Shown piece by piece: positions 21,999 to 34,135 of a DNA stretch of 64,000 nucleotides. The notes beneath the pieces are model-generated. The model saw only the letters and a list, made by a program, of their open reading frames with translations. It was not told where the DNA came from and did no database searches. The DNA is taken from assembly GCF_006345805.1 (NCBI RefSeq), contig NC_042999.1, positions 130,882,001-130,946,000 on the forward strand. Reading direction: 5' to 3'. A program made the translations under genes and the position numbers. Source of the DNA: Octopus sinensis. Lineage: Eukaryota. Position 1 is the stretch's first letter; every line of letters starts with the position of its first letter.

Positions 21999-23748
21999 TG
22001 GACACATAGCTTTTGTGGACTTGGAGAAAGCCTTTGACAGTGTCCCCCGATCCCTTATCTGGTGGTTGATGCGGAAACTGGAGATTGACGAATGGCTAAT
22101 AAGGGCTGTACAGGCCCTATACAGAGAGGCTGTCAGCAAGGTTAGGATTGGCAACGAATATAGTGAAGAATTCCAGGTAGAAGTAGGCGTACACCAAGGT
22201 TCAGCCCTCAGTCCCCTTTTATTCATCATAGTCCTCCAGGCAATAACAGAGGAATTCAAAACAGGTTGCCCCTGGGAGCTCCTCTATGCTGAATCACTAC
22301 CGGAACTAGAAAAGAAATTTCAGGTGTGGAAGCAAGGGTTAGAATCAAAGGGCCTTAGAGTAAATGTAGCAAAGACCAAAGTTATAGTAAGCAGAAAGGC
22401 GAACTCAGCACACACACCCTCGGGCAGGTGGCCCTGCTTGATCTGTAGGAAAGGTGTAGGTAGAAACTCCATAAGATGTACCCAGTGTAAGCTATGGACG
22501 CATAAGAGGTGCAGCAACATCAAAGGGAAATTAACTGATAAGATAGCTTTCATGTGTGGCAGATGCACAGGGACAATAGACACCACAGATACTCAGAAAA
22601 CAGATTCCATCACACTCCAGGGGAAGAAACTAGAAGTAGTTGATAGTTTCCACTACCTGGGTGACCAAGTTAGTAGTGGAGGTGGATGCTCAGAGAGTGT
22701 CACCACTAGAATACGAATAGCCTGGGCAAAGTTTAGAAAGCTCCTACCCCTACTGGCGACAAAGGGTCTCTCGCTCAGAGTGAAAGGTAGATTGTATGAT
22801 GCATGTGTGCGAACTGCCATGCTTCACGGCAGTGAAACATGGGCTGTGACTGCAGAGGACATGCGTAGACTTGAAAGAAATGAAGCTAACATGATCCGCT
22901 GGATGTGTAATGTCAGTGTGCGCGCACGACAGAATGTAAGCACCCTGAGAGAAATGCTGGACATAAGAAGCATCAGATGTGGTGTGCAAGAGCGACGCTT
23001 GCGATGGTATGGTCATGTACTGCAGATGGATGAGGAGAGATGTGTGAAGAAGTGCCGTTCCCAAACAGTTGAAGGTATCAGGGGGAGAGGTAGACCCAAG
23101 AAGACATGGGATGAGGTAGTCAAGCATGACCTCAGAGCGTTGGGTCTCTCAGAGGCAATGACGAAGGACCGAGATCTCTGGAGATATGCTGTGACTGCAA
23201 AAACCCGGGCTGCTTCCTGCACCAGTTCTGCGTAGCCCCTGCCCATTCAAAGTACCTTGGATTTCAGAACAACCCGCTGTGCTTGAGGAGACCTATTGAG
23301 TCAAGTACATGAACATCGAAATTAATATCAATGGAAACAGTAGTTGTGATACCTGTGCTGGTGGCACATAAAAAGCACCATCCGAATGTGGCCGATGCCA
23401 GCGCCGCCTCGACTGGCTTCTGTGCTGGTGGCACGTAAAAAGCACAATCCAAACATGGCCAATGCCAGCGCCACCTTGACTGGCTTCCGTGCTGGTGGCA
23501 CGTTAAAAGCACCAACCGATCGTGGCCACTGCCAGACTCCCCTGGCACCTGTGCCGGTGGCACGTAAAAAGCACCCACTACACTCGCAGAGTGGTTGGCG
23601 TTAGGAAGGGCATCCAGCTGTAGAAACACTGCCAGATCAGACTGGAGCCTGGTGCAACCTCCTGGCTTCCCAGACCCCAGTCGAACCGTCCAACCCGTGC
23701 TAGCGCGGAAAATGGACATTAAACAATGATGATGATGATGATGATGAT
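21999..23748 (+). mobile_element. 5'-truncated RTE-clade LINE: open RT C-terminal ORF with PHD-like finger, tandem-repeat 3' UTR, (GAT)n tail
   Basis: AFVDLEKAFDSVPR, GVHQGSALSPLLF, FHYLG, LHGSETW, RLRWYGHV in ORF 21961-23235; catalytic YADD absent (reads LLYAESL). Confidence 0.95.
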
Positions 23749-23749
23749 A

Positions 23750-23985
23750 TACACACACACACACACAAACATACGTGTGTGTGTATGATTGTGTTTGTTC
23801 TACCATTGCTTGACAAGCGATGCCAGTGTGTTTACGTTCCTGTAACTTTGCAGTTTGGCAAAAGAGAATGATGGAATAAGTACTTGGCTTACAAAGAATA
23901 AATCCTGGGGTTGATTTGTTCGACTAAAGATGGTACTCCAGCATGGCCACAGTCAAATGACTGAAACAAGTAAAAGAATAAATAA
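23750..23985 (+). mobile_element. CORE-type SINE 3' half
   Basis: cattgcttgacaagcgatgccagtgtgtttacg...atggccacagtcaaatgactgaaacaagtaaaaga continues the SINE broken at 21998. Confidence 0.85.
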
Positions 23986-23990
23986 ATACG

Positions 23991-24041
<51 letters not shown>

Positions 24042-24054
24042 ATGAAGATTAGGA

Positions 24055-24350
24055 TATTTGGTTTATGACTGTAAGGCTGTGAGTTCAATTCCTAGGCAAT
24101 GCTTTCTCTCCTTAAGCAAAACACTTTATCTCATGTTGCTTCAGCCCACTCAGCTGGTAAAAATGAGTAGTACCTGTATTTCAAAGGGGTCAGCCTTGTC
24201 ACATTCTCTGTTGTGCTGAATCTCCCGGAGAACTATGTGAAGAGTACATGTGTCTGTGGAATGCTCAGCCATTTGCACATAAATTTCATGAGCAAGCTGT
24301 TCTACTGATCAAATAAACTGGAATTCCTGTCATCATAATTGGCAGAGTGC
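24055..24350 (+). mobile_element. tRNA-derived SINE (another family)
   Basis: gagttcaattcc B box followed by agcaaaacactttatctcatgttgct core-like segment. Confidence 0.65.
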
Positions 24351-24699
24351 CATATAAATAAATATCTGTGTGTCTGTGTGTGTGAATGTATATGTACAGG
24401 TATGGTAATGCAAAAAGGAAAAATAGAACTCAATGTATATACATATTTTTATTAATATTTAACAGAAGCAACAGAGTGACTCAAAGGCTAAGAGTTTCAT
24501 GCGTTGACACTAGTCAATATATATATACAGATATACAAGGCAGTGCCTCAACATCACTGCAGTCTAATGACTGAAACAAGTAAAAGATAATACAACCCCT
24601 GGTAGGGATCTTTATATCTACCTCATATAACTATTTTTTTAAACACCCAAGGGAAATAACCCATAGCAATTGCACCTACAGTTGTTAGTTTTTAGCGAA

Positions 24700-25738
24700 G
24701 CGATCAATATTTGATTCTCACATGTGCTGGTAAGGTGACGCTGGCAACAATCACACTCAAATGTTACTTTTCACATGTCACTGGCATGGGAGCCAATCCA
24801 TGGCCCTGGCAACGATCATGCTTGGATGTGCTTTTAACATTCCACTGGCACGAGTGCCAATCAGGTGGTACTGTCATCAGCCACATCAGCAATTTTGATT
24901 TGTTTACTCTTTCCTCAATAAATCTTTGCAAGCAAAGTTCATTGTCCAGTGAATGAGAGGTACTCATAAGAGGGCCGGTTACACCCCACTTTCGGATGTG
25001 CTTCTAACATTCCACTGGCATGAGTGCTAATCAGGTGGTACTGACATCAACCATGTCAGAAATTTTGATTTTGATTCACTTACCTTAATAGGCCTTCACA
25101 AGCAAGGTTTATTGTCCAATGAATGAGGGGTATTCATAAATGGGCTGGTTATACCCACTGGCATAGGCCATGGGCTATGGTCTCACTTGGCTTGTGGGGT
25201 CTTCTCAAGCACTGCATATCTCCAAAGGTCCTGGTCAATAGTCATTGCCTCGGCAAGGCCCAATGTTCAAAGGTCATGCTTCACCACCTCATCCCAGGTT
25301 TTCTTGGATCTACCTCTTCCACGGGTTCCTTCCACCTCTAGGGTGTGGCACTTTTTCACACAGCTGTCCTCATTCATTCACAACACATGACCATACCAGT
25401 ACAGTCGTCTCTCTTGCACACCACATGTGATGCTTCTTAAATCCAACTTTTCTCTCAGGGTGCTTACACTCTGTCATGTATGCACACTGACATTACACAT
25501 CCAGCAGAGCATACTGATTTCATTCCTTACAAACTTACACATGTTCTCAGTAGTCATGGCCTATGTTTCACTGCCATGTAGCATGGCTGTTCACACATAT
25601 GCATCATACAGTCTACCTTTTACTCTGAGCGAGAGGCCCTTTGTCACCAGCAAAGGCAGGAGTTCTCTGAACTTTGCCCAGGCTATTCTTATTCTAGCAG
25701 CAACACTTTCAGAGCATCCACCCCTGCGACTGACTTGA
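24700..25738 (-). mobile_element. RTE-clade LINE fragment (same family as 21999-23748) with 3' UTR units
   Basis: Reverse complement matches GLSLRVKGRLYDAYV...CGVQERRL...RPRKTWDEVVK and the downstream UTR. Confidence 0.9.
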
Positions 25739-25739
25739 A

Positions 25740-26390
25740 TGAAAATCAGAAAATACCAGGCCGATCCATTTCTTGACTATACTGTAACTTGTGTTGAAAG
25801 TGGATTCTGTACAATAATAAAAAATGTTTGTCACAGTGGCTGGACCAAAATAGAGCATCAAAAACCTTCCCTAAACCCGAACTCTTCAAAAAGAAGGTTA
25901 TGGTGAGTGTTTGGTGGTATTACTGCAGAAACCTATTGCCATGAAATTGCCAAAATGAATGAAAATCTGCTACTCTTCTGTCCCAGACTGGTCAACAGAA
26001 GAGAGCCAGTCATTCTTCATGACAATGCTCAACCACACATTTCACTAATGATGCTCCAGAAGTTGAGGGAACTTGGCTACAAAGTTCTTCCCCACCCAGC
26101 TTATTCCCCAGACCTTTCTCCTACTGACACCACTTTTTCAAGCACCTTGATGGTTTCCTGCAAGATAAGGGGTTCAAAAATCAAACCGATGCTGAATGTG
26201 CATTCAAAGAGTTCATCAGCTCCAGAACTCCAGAATTTTGTGCTACCAGAATAAACAAATTTGTAACTCATTGTCAAAAATGTGTTGATTGTAATAGTAC
26301 TTACTTTGAATAAAATTTCTGCATAGTTGAATTATGCTGTGATGAATATCCTGTTTTGAAACGTTGCTTATTTTTTACTAAGCCTGATAT
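25740..26390 (+). mobile_element. Mariner transposase C-terminal relic (D,D34D type)
   Basis: VILHDNAQPH, LPHPAYSPDLSPTD; upstream KKVMVSVWW-like segment; frameshifts. Confidence 0.9.
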
Positions 26391-26479
26391 ATATATGTAA
26401 AGACCATGTGATGTGAGGTGATAAGAATGGCTCTCTTGTAAATCACACAGTCCTTACAATAATTATAAAATGAACAATA

Positions 26480-27320
26480 CATATATGCGCCAGAGGAAAA
26501 CGAGTGACACACCCGAGTAGAATGTTTAAGAGAAGATTTATTGTTATGTTAACATGTGTGTCTGTGTGTGTGTCATGTATACAGAATAATAGACAGGCCA
26601 TCATGAGAACAAAGTGTATGTGTGTCTAGACATGGAAGTATGCATGTGCATTAAGTACATATAAGAATAGCAATAACAACAACAACGAGAAGTTAGACGA
26701 ATGTTCATAGACACATGAATGAGAGATACCAGTTCATAGTCAATTGTACACGGAAGTTGAAATACTGTATCAAGAAGTTGTGGCCATGATGCTGAGCCAG
26801 TTGTGATACATGTCATACATGAAGTTGTGGCTGTGATGCTGCTGCCTGGGTCACTTGGTACAGGAGTTCTTGCCAGTTGTATATTTGCTGTCGATCTATG
26901 GTGAAGTAATTCATGAACAGTGAAGTATTGAAACCTGGGTGAGTTGCTTGTTGAGCTGTGTACGTAGAGAGATGATGTTGGCGATGTTAAGAAGATGATG
27001 GTGACAACAAAGAAAGAGATTGCTATAATGCTGTTGGGCAAAATTGGTAAGTCTCAACGTAGCTACTGTTGTGTAGTCACTGGAACTGACTGTGTCCTGT
27101 GTGGTCAGTGGCTAGAGCTTAAAAGGTCTGAAACCAAAGACATCGAGACGAGGAGAAGCTGGGTTTTTATAAGCAGAACAGGCTGTCTCGCGTGATTTTT
27201 AGAGGCTCCAATTGGTTATATGCTGCAAATTGGCAGCATATAACCAATACCAACCGATCAAAGTAGTGGACACAACAGGGTCCAAATAGCAGCCAAAGTC
27301 TAGCTGTTACCTGCTACATT
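26480..27320 (-). mobile_element. Possible solo LTR or LTR-like repeat
   Basis: Compositionally distinct block; on minus strand begins tgtagcagg and has aataaa near the end. TSD not resolved. Confidence 0.3.
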
Positions 27321-27422
27321 CCAATGCACATATATATAATAAAGGGGAGAGACGAATTTCACTCAAGTGTACGCTACATATATATATATGTATACATACA
27401 TACATATATATATATATGTATA

Positions 27423-28171
27423 CAAGGTGGTATGAAAAAGTTCCTGAACTAGTTATATTTAATAAAAAATAACTTATTTACCCAAATTTTAACATCATCT
27501 CTTTCAAAATAGTCACCTTATGCAGCAATGCACCAATCCCAGCATTCCTGCCACTTTGGAATCCAGCCTGGAAGTTGTTTTCCATAAGTGAGACGAGGAC
27601 CTTCTGCAATTCACTCTTGGTCTAGAAGAGCTTGGTGACAAGGTGCATTGTTATCATGAAGAATCCAATTCTTTGTGCTCCAAAGATCCAGTCACTTTCG
27701 CTAAATGTCCTCCCTCAAAACATCATGATGATCCTTATGCAAAAGCTGATGAATTTTTTTTCACATTTCCAGGAGTGATGTTCATGGCAGATCTTCCAGA
27801 TCCCTCATTGTCTTCCAGGAATGTTCTTCAACTTTTGAAGTGCCTGTGCCACTTGAAACATTGTGTACGACCCATCATATCATCACCGTAAGCTTGCCAA
27901 AGTATGCTCAATATCTCTGTAGCAGACTTCCCAAGTTTAATGTGAAATTTTACATTGGTTCCAACTTCCTGTCCATGACAGAAATTGCAGACTACTGCAT
28001 GTATGTGATCACAAAAACACAAAATTTCACAACTTTGAAGTGAACACAGAGATGTTACCCAGAACACTGCCTCACAAAGGTGACCGTTAGCTCTCACTGC
28101 ACACGCAACTGTATGCTGCCATCTGTTAGCATGCTACAGAAATAGTCTGGGAACTTATTGATGCCACCTTG
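27423..28171 (-). mobile_element. Internally deleted mariner element with both TIRs
   Basis: caaggtggtatgaaaaagttcc vs reverse complement caaggtggcatcaataagttccc; VKFHIKLGKSATE...AYGDDMMGRTQCFKWHRHFK HTH. Confidence 0.85.
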
Positions 28172-28740
28172 CTGTTCTCTTACCTGTCTCTGCTTTTAGT
28201 TTTTTGTACAATTTTAAACCAACGAAGTTACACGAAGAAGATAGCCTCTGTGCAGCATATAAGCTTCTGGGAAAGACTCAAGAGATTAAAACTCTATTCC
28301 TTGGAGCAATATACATCTGGAAGATCCTGGAAGGACTTGTCCCAAACTTTGGCATCGAGAGTTACACAGATGCCAGAACTGGGCGCCACTGCGTGGTGCC
28401 AAGGACTCCAAATTTGCCATCAAGATGTAGGACAAGATACTGTGATAGCCTGGGCTTCAGAGGCCCACAGCTCTTCAATATCCTCCCGAAGAACCTGAGG
28501 GACCTGCATGGCGTGGATGCGGATGTCTTTAAAGTAGGACTGGATCTCTTCCTGTCAGATGTCCCGGATGAACCAACTTCATGGCAGGAGGTGCAGATGA
28601 GGGCAGCTGCATCGAACTCTCTCATGCACCAAATGGCAGTTACTAAAAAGCATTCGTGAAGTAAAATCATGTAGCAACAGCAAATGGCAGTGCCCCAGCA
28701 TGGCCACAGCTCGTGAGCTGAAACTAGATAAAAAAAAATT
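28172..28740 (+). mobile_element. CR1-like LINE 3' end with hairpin tail
   Basis: FWERLKRLKLYSLE, IYIWKILEGLVPN, GPQLFNILPKNLR...VPDEP; tail gtgccccagcatggccacagctcgtgagctgaaac. Confidence 0.85.
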
Positions 28741-30240
28741 TTTTTAATATATATATGTATATATATATATATCACATATATATATACACACATATATATA
28801 CATACATACACACACACAAACACACACACAGACACACACACACACATGTATTTATGTATATATATGTGTGCATGTGTTTGTAAATATACACACATACATG
28901 CACACATGGTTTACTTCTGGATGCTGTTAGAAAGACTGTACATTGAAAATGAAAATAAAGCCATATAAAACAGTAATGCTTATAGCTTATATGACATTTG
29001 AATAGAAGTATTTCAAAATGATTAAGATCTGACAAACCATATAAATAAATCAATATAAAAATGTAATATTAACCAAAATAATAATTTGTCTGAGAACACT
29101 GAAACAACCACAAGGAGAACACACGATAACACTGAATGTATGTTTAGTACGAGAAAAAAAATTGATGACTATATGTGCGTGTGTGTGCACATGGAGTGGA
29201 TGTGAGTGTGCATGTTTGTGTGTGTGTGTTTGTGGATATGTATGTATATATATAATCAGCAGCATCTTATGTCCCATTTTTTTTTCATGCTAGCATGGCT
29301 GGATGCTATTCTAAAATCAAGATACACACAGTAAATGCAAAACACTCACATACACACCTACATACTTACATACATGCACACATACAGGTATGAATATGAA
29401 CAACCCTGTACAGGATGAAAACTAAACTAAACCAGGAACTGAGGCTTTACAGTGTACAACTAATAATAGATGAATACCAACATTATTATATTTTTTACAT
29501 AACATTCTTACACAACCCCACCACCCCAAAAAAATTGTGTGTGTGTGTGTGTGCATGCGCGCGTGTGTGTGTGAGAGAGAGAGAGTGTGAATATACTCTC
29601 TGTATAAGGAAATACTTTTAATTTACTATACAGATATTTTTAGTTTATTTAACATATTGTTTTCATCCCTCTTCTGTTTGTTATTTTTGTGGGTGTTTTT
29701 TTACTAATAAATAATATTTGAAACGTTTTCACATAGAAAACAGGTTTTGAGTCGTTGCAGTATTTTACACTGCAATATTTCAGTGAGAAGACTGCTCTAG
29801 GTCAAGAGGGAGTGTACCTGTTTACAAGTAACGTTATAGTTTTTGGACTCTGACACAAATAAACTGTTTACGTACGTAGTTACATATTCACAAATATAAA
29901 TATACCCAAGTAAACAGACAGACACACACACATACTCATTCCCCTTACTGCTGCACTTAGATTCAACCAGAAAAAGAAAAAGAAAGAAAGAAAAAAAAAA
30001 AGCACTGATAAACAGTTTACTGATATAGACACACCTGCAAAGAGAGGAAGGGAGTGGAGCTGGGAGAATAAGTAACATAATGGAGAAAAAAATATAAAGA
30101 ACTCAGAAAGAAAGGTAATAAAAAGAGGATTACATAAGACCTGGAAGAAATGTGAGAACTGAAGAGTAGAAGAAAACACCAATTTGAGAAAAAGACAAAT
30201 TTATGAACATGATGAAGCATAAAACCATCAGTCTACTGAC

Positions 30241-30269
30241 CTGACACTCTACTACTCTTCTCACATTTC
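30241..30269 (-). CDS. Candidate 29-nt exon of unidentified host gene
   Basis: cctttatttaccatcgcccagtttag|gaaatgtgagaagagtagtagagtgtcag|gtcagt; splice signals only. Confidence 0.3.
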
Positions 30270-32821
30270 CTAAACTGGGCGATGGTAAATAAAGGTTATA
30301 TATCAGGCAGATTATTTACATTACACTGTTTGTTAATCTATATTTAGCAAAGATTTCATTAAGTAAAGAAGTCAAGGTTAAAGCGTTCATTAATGATATT
30401 ACATATTGTATAATTTTATTAAAAGATGAGGAAAATAGAATAAAGGATATCAGAAGCAAAGAAAGTAAGTGATAGATTTATCAATTTGAGAGATTTATTC
30501 AAAGCCACGTCAATGCAAATCCAGTCATTCGGGTAAAATAGCTTAATTAAAAAAAAACTATTTAATGGTACAATTAAAATATAAATTGCTGGCTCCTGTT
30601 GAAAGAAGTATGATTATCCATCAGATAAATATATTACTGTGGGACTTTTTATTGTGTGTAAACTGGTATTGCAACAATTGCAAGTCACATAGTTTCTGTT
30701 CTGTAAGGCCAGTCAACTCTGGTTCAAATAACAGAATAGTAGCTCATCAAATTATAGCTATCAGTTCACTTGTTCAGGGATATGTCTTCTAATATTGGCA
30801 CATCGTTTTCTTTTACTTTTATGTTTGTTCATCACTGAAAACTTCATCTTTGTGTAGTGATTCAAAGAAGAATAAATTTGATCGTTTTTTCCATTATCTT
30901 CTTCAGGCCTATGGGTGGATTTGAGTTCAGCACTACAATATAGCAAAACACTTGTCATTTAGTTAGTGGTCCTGCTACTTCCAGTTTCAATTATAATTCT
31001 CAAAGCAGCTATTTACTGCTATTTAGACTTTGGTCAATCAGAATTAAGAGTTTAGATTATAGAAAAAAAAAATAGGACAACACTACTGACCTAATATGAA
31101 CTTGTCAGCTCTTGACTGTTGGCCAACACCTAATGAGTTGGCAACTTTTGTTTCATTGACTGAAGGAAATAAAGTCACTTTGGTTACAATTGAGACTCAT
31201 AGGTGTTAATCACTGAATTGCTCATCAATTGTTTAGTTTATTATAACTCTGTACTACCATGTCTCTGTGCTACATTTCAAAACAAAAGTGTGTTCTTTTT
31301 GAGAAGGTATAAGTTGTATCATTCCAGTATTATTTCTATGCAAATAAACTTCAACTATAGTAGTCAGAACATTGTACTTAGCAAACATGCTGGTATATAA
31401 ATGTCTATTATACTTTTATTGGAAGAGTGAATTTGAGTCCGAAAAGACATTTTTACACGAGCTGCTTGAACAGTTAATAGAGTAGCTAAGTCTTCACCAA
31501 CACAAATCCTTGTCAGCTAAAGTATGTATCCAATTTCCAGAACTTAGGGCTCAAATGACAAGAAAACTATGCTGAGTACAAATAAATTTTAAGTGGACAA
31601 AATGTACTAGTGTCACTGACTTTCAAAGATTAAAGACTATGCTCTAATGGTTGGCAGGAAGCAGTAAATAACTTATGTTACTTAGATAACTGAAAATATG
31701 CTGAGGTGGAACCAGTACTAGCAGACTGTCTACAGTGTGAAGTGGGTAGAAGGTATATATAGCAAAGGGGTTCTCACTCCTTTCTTCAAGTAGAAAGGAA
31801 TCAAGTAGTATGTGATTTATTTAAAATGCAAATGTGAGCTTGAGAGACAGACTTAATTCAAGAGAGTGGAGAAAGCAACTATATGTTTGAAAATTTGTAT
31901 GAACAGATAGTGGATGGTAGGCAAGTTATAATATAACACGAAGCTGACTTGCACAAAAATAGTTGCTACAGATCTGAGAAAGATAAGTTACAGACAAAAA
32001 TGGCAACATGTAAGGTTGAATGAAAAAAGCCTGTTACGTAGATCCTACCAACCTGTGCCTAAAAAAAAAAATACAGGTAATAGTAAATTAGGGATGGTAA
32101 TGTGCCTATAACAAAATAATAAATGTAGATAAAAACACACAACTAAAAGACAAAATAATCTAAAACCAAAAACAAAAATAGGATATAATGAAAAGAAATA
32201 TTTGAAAAGTACATACAGTTAGTTGTATATTGTAACAATGGAACAAACAAAACATTGTTTTAAAAATTATAGAAATGGAAGACTTGGGAATAAAATGAAA
32301 AACATATGACTAAAAGAAATAAGCATATAAACAATTCATAACAAACATTTAACAACTTATAACAGTAACCAAATATACAGATAGAAAACAGAATATAGCA
32401 ACAGATAGACATAACTAGGTAATAAACATAATCTGTTGTTTTGGTCATCTCATCACCATTATTTATCTTTTTGTTGTTCCTGCTGACCATTTATCTTTTC
32501 TCTCTCCCCTTCACCTACTAAATGTGAGTGGCCATGTAGATCTACAAGAACCTGCTCTGACCCCCACCTCACCTCTCATAATCTAACCCCCTCATCCCCT
32601 AGCATGAAGCTGAGCCCACCCAAACTCCTTCAGGGTTTAGTACCCAGTACACTTTGTAAAGTGGTTGGCATCAGGAAGGGCACCCAGCTGTAGAAACCAC
32701 GCCAAAGAAGATGTTGGAGCCCAACGCAGTCCTTGGATAATACAGTTCTATATTTAAGAGATGAGGAATTATGTACATTATTTACAATTGTCGGATATTT
32801 GTCCTCATCTTGTTTGTTGTT

Positions 32822-32867
32822 AACACAACATTTTGGCTGATATACCCTCCAGCCTTCATCAGGTGTC
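32822..32867 (-). ncRNA. Minimal hammerhead motif, copy B (G12 mutated)
   Basis: GACAC CUGAUGA A GGCUG GAGGGUAUAU CAGCC AAAA UGUU GUGUU. Confidence 0.55.
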
Positions 32868-32986
32868 TTGGGGAAATTTCGAACCTGGGTTCTCATTCCT
32901 AAGGTATTTTTCGATGTGACCATTATTATTATTATTGATATTGTTATAATAATAATAATAATAATAATAATATAATAATAATAATA

Positions 32987-33042
<56 letters not shown>

Positions 33043-33241
33043 AGTTACTGCCTGGAATCAAACTCGGAATCTTGGGGTTAGTAGTCCGTGCTCTTAACAA
33101 CTATTCCATATGGTATATGGCATAGTGGTTAAGAGCACCAAGATTCTGAGTTCAATTCCAGGCAGTGACTTGAATAATAATAATAATAATAACATCGAAA
33201 AATACCTTAGGAATGAGAACCCAGGTTTAAAATTTCTCCAA

Positions 33242-33287
33242 GATACCTGAAGAAGGCTGGAGGGTATATCAGCCGAAATGTTGTGTT
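33242..33287 (+). ncRNA. Minimal hammerhead motif, copy C (core intact, ACG to AUG in stem III)
   Basis: GAUAC CUGAAGA A GGCUG GAGGGUAUAU CAGCC GAAA UGUU GUGUU. Confidence 0.65.
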
Positions 33288-33534
33288 AACAACAAACAAG
33301 ATGAGGACAAATATCCATCAAATGTAAATAATGTAAATAATGTAGTCCTTGGATTCATCAGGTCCTGTCAATCAGTCCAACCAGTGCCAGAATAGAACAT
33401 AGACATTAAATGGTGGTGGCAGTGGCGACGGCGGTGGTGGTTGCTTGGTTTAACAATACCACTTAGTCTTCTAGTGGAGTTCACTCTGTTGCAAGCATTA
33501 GGTCCAAGATTTTGGTTGGAAGATAATTTCTTAC

Positions 33535-33551
33535 CTTCTCTCTCGCTAGCC
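33535..33551 (-). CDS. Candidate 17-nt microexon
   Basis: cctttctttcatggtctccag|ggctagcgagagagaag|gtaaga; splice signals only. Confidence 0.3.
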
Positions 33552-34135
33552 CTGGAGACCATGAAAGAAAGGCATAGGAAAATGTAAATAAATAAAATAA
33601 TAAATGAATAAATAAACAAATAGAAACATAAGAGTTATCACGTGCAAGTGTGATTAATGGAGCCAAACATTAAATACTTTCTGCTAAATATTTCTTAACC
33701 AGATGTAACCAGTGGCAATTAATCCAATTGATTTTAGAAGAGGAAGAAACGACAAAGATGTGAATGGTATGATGCAATTCTCTTTTGATAAGCACAATGA
33801 AACAGTTGCAACTAGGAGCTGAAACTGGGTTATGAACCTAACATCACCTGACAGCTTTTCCTACAACAGACATATAAATAAAAAAAACAAATATATGAAA
33901 AAGAAAGTTGTTTAGAATAATTGACTTTTCATTTTCAATGTCTTTTTCATCTTCTTACATGAAACATTTTAAACCTGTTTAAAGCCAAAATGTAACTTTA
34001 GCCAGCTATAAATATTGTTAATGTATTGAAGAAAGGCTTGAAAGGGAAATAGCAAATGTCATTGCCATGAATGTATCACAAGTGAGCCCAAAAGCCAGCC
34101 CTTGATAACATGCTGGTGATAATAATCTTTTCTAC

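Larger units (their letters stand above)
32739..33343. mobile_element. Head-to-head inverted pair of tRNA/hammerhead elements (copy B minus, copy C plus) inside an RTE-tail repeat, 11-bp TSD
   Basis: agtccttggat at 32728-32738 and 33344-33354; B about 32739-33110 (-), C about 33110-33343 (+). Confidence 0.9.

Noticed and set aside
21961-23235. 424-aa ORF as an intact or host gene
   Set aside because: The start codon lies in a SINE and the rest is a 5'-truncated RTE RT lacking YADD; annotated as a mobile element.
30565-30958. ORFs 30565-30792 (+) and 30761-30958 (-)
   Set aside because: No recognisable motifs or convincing splice boundaries.
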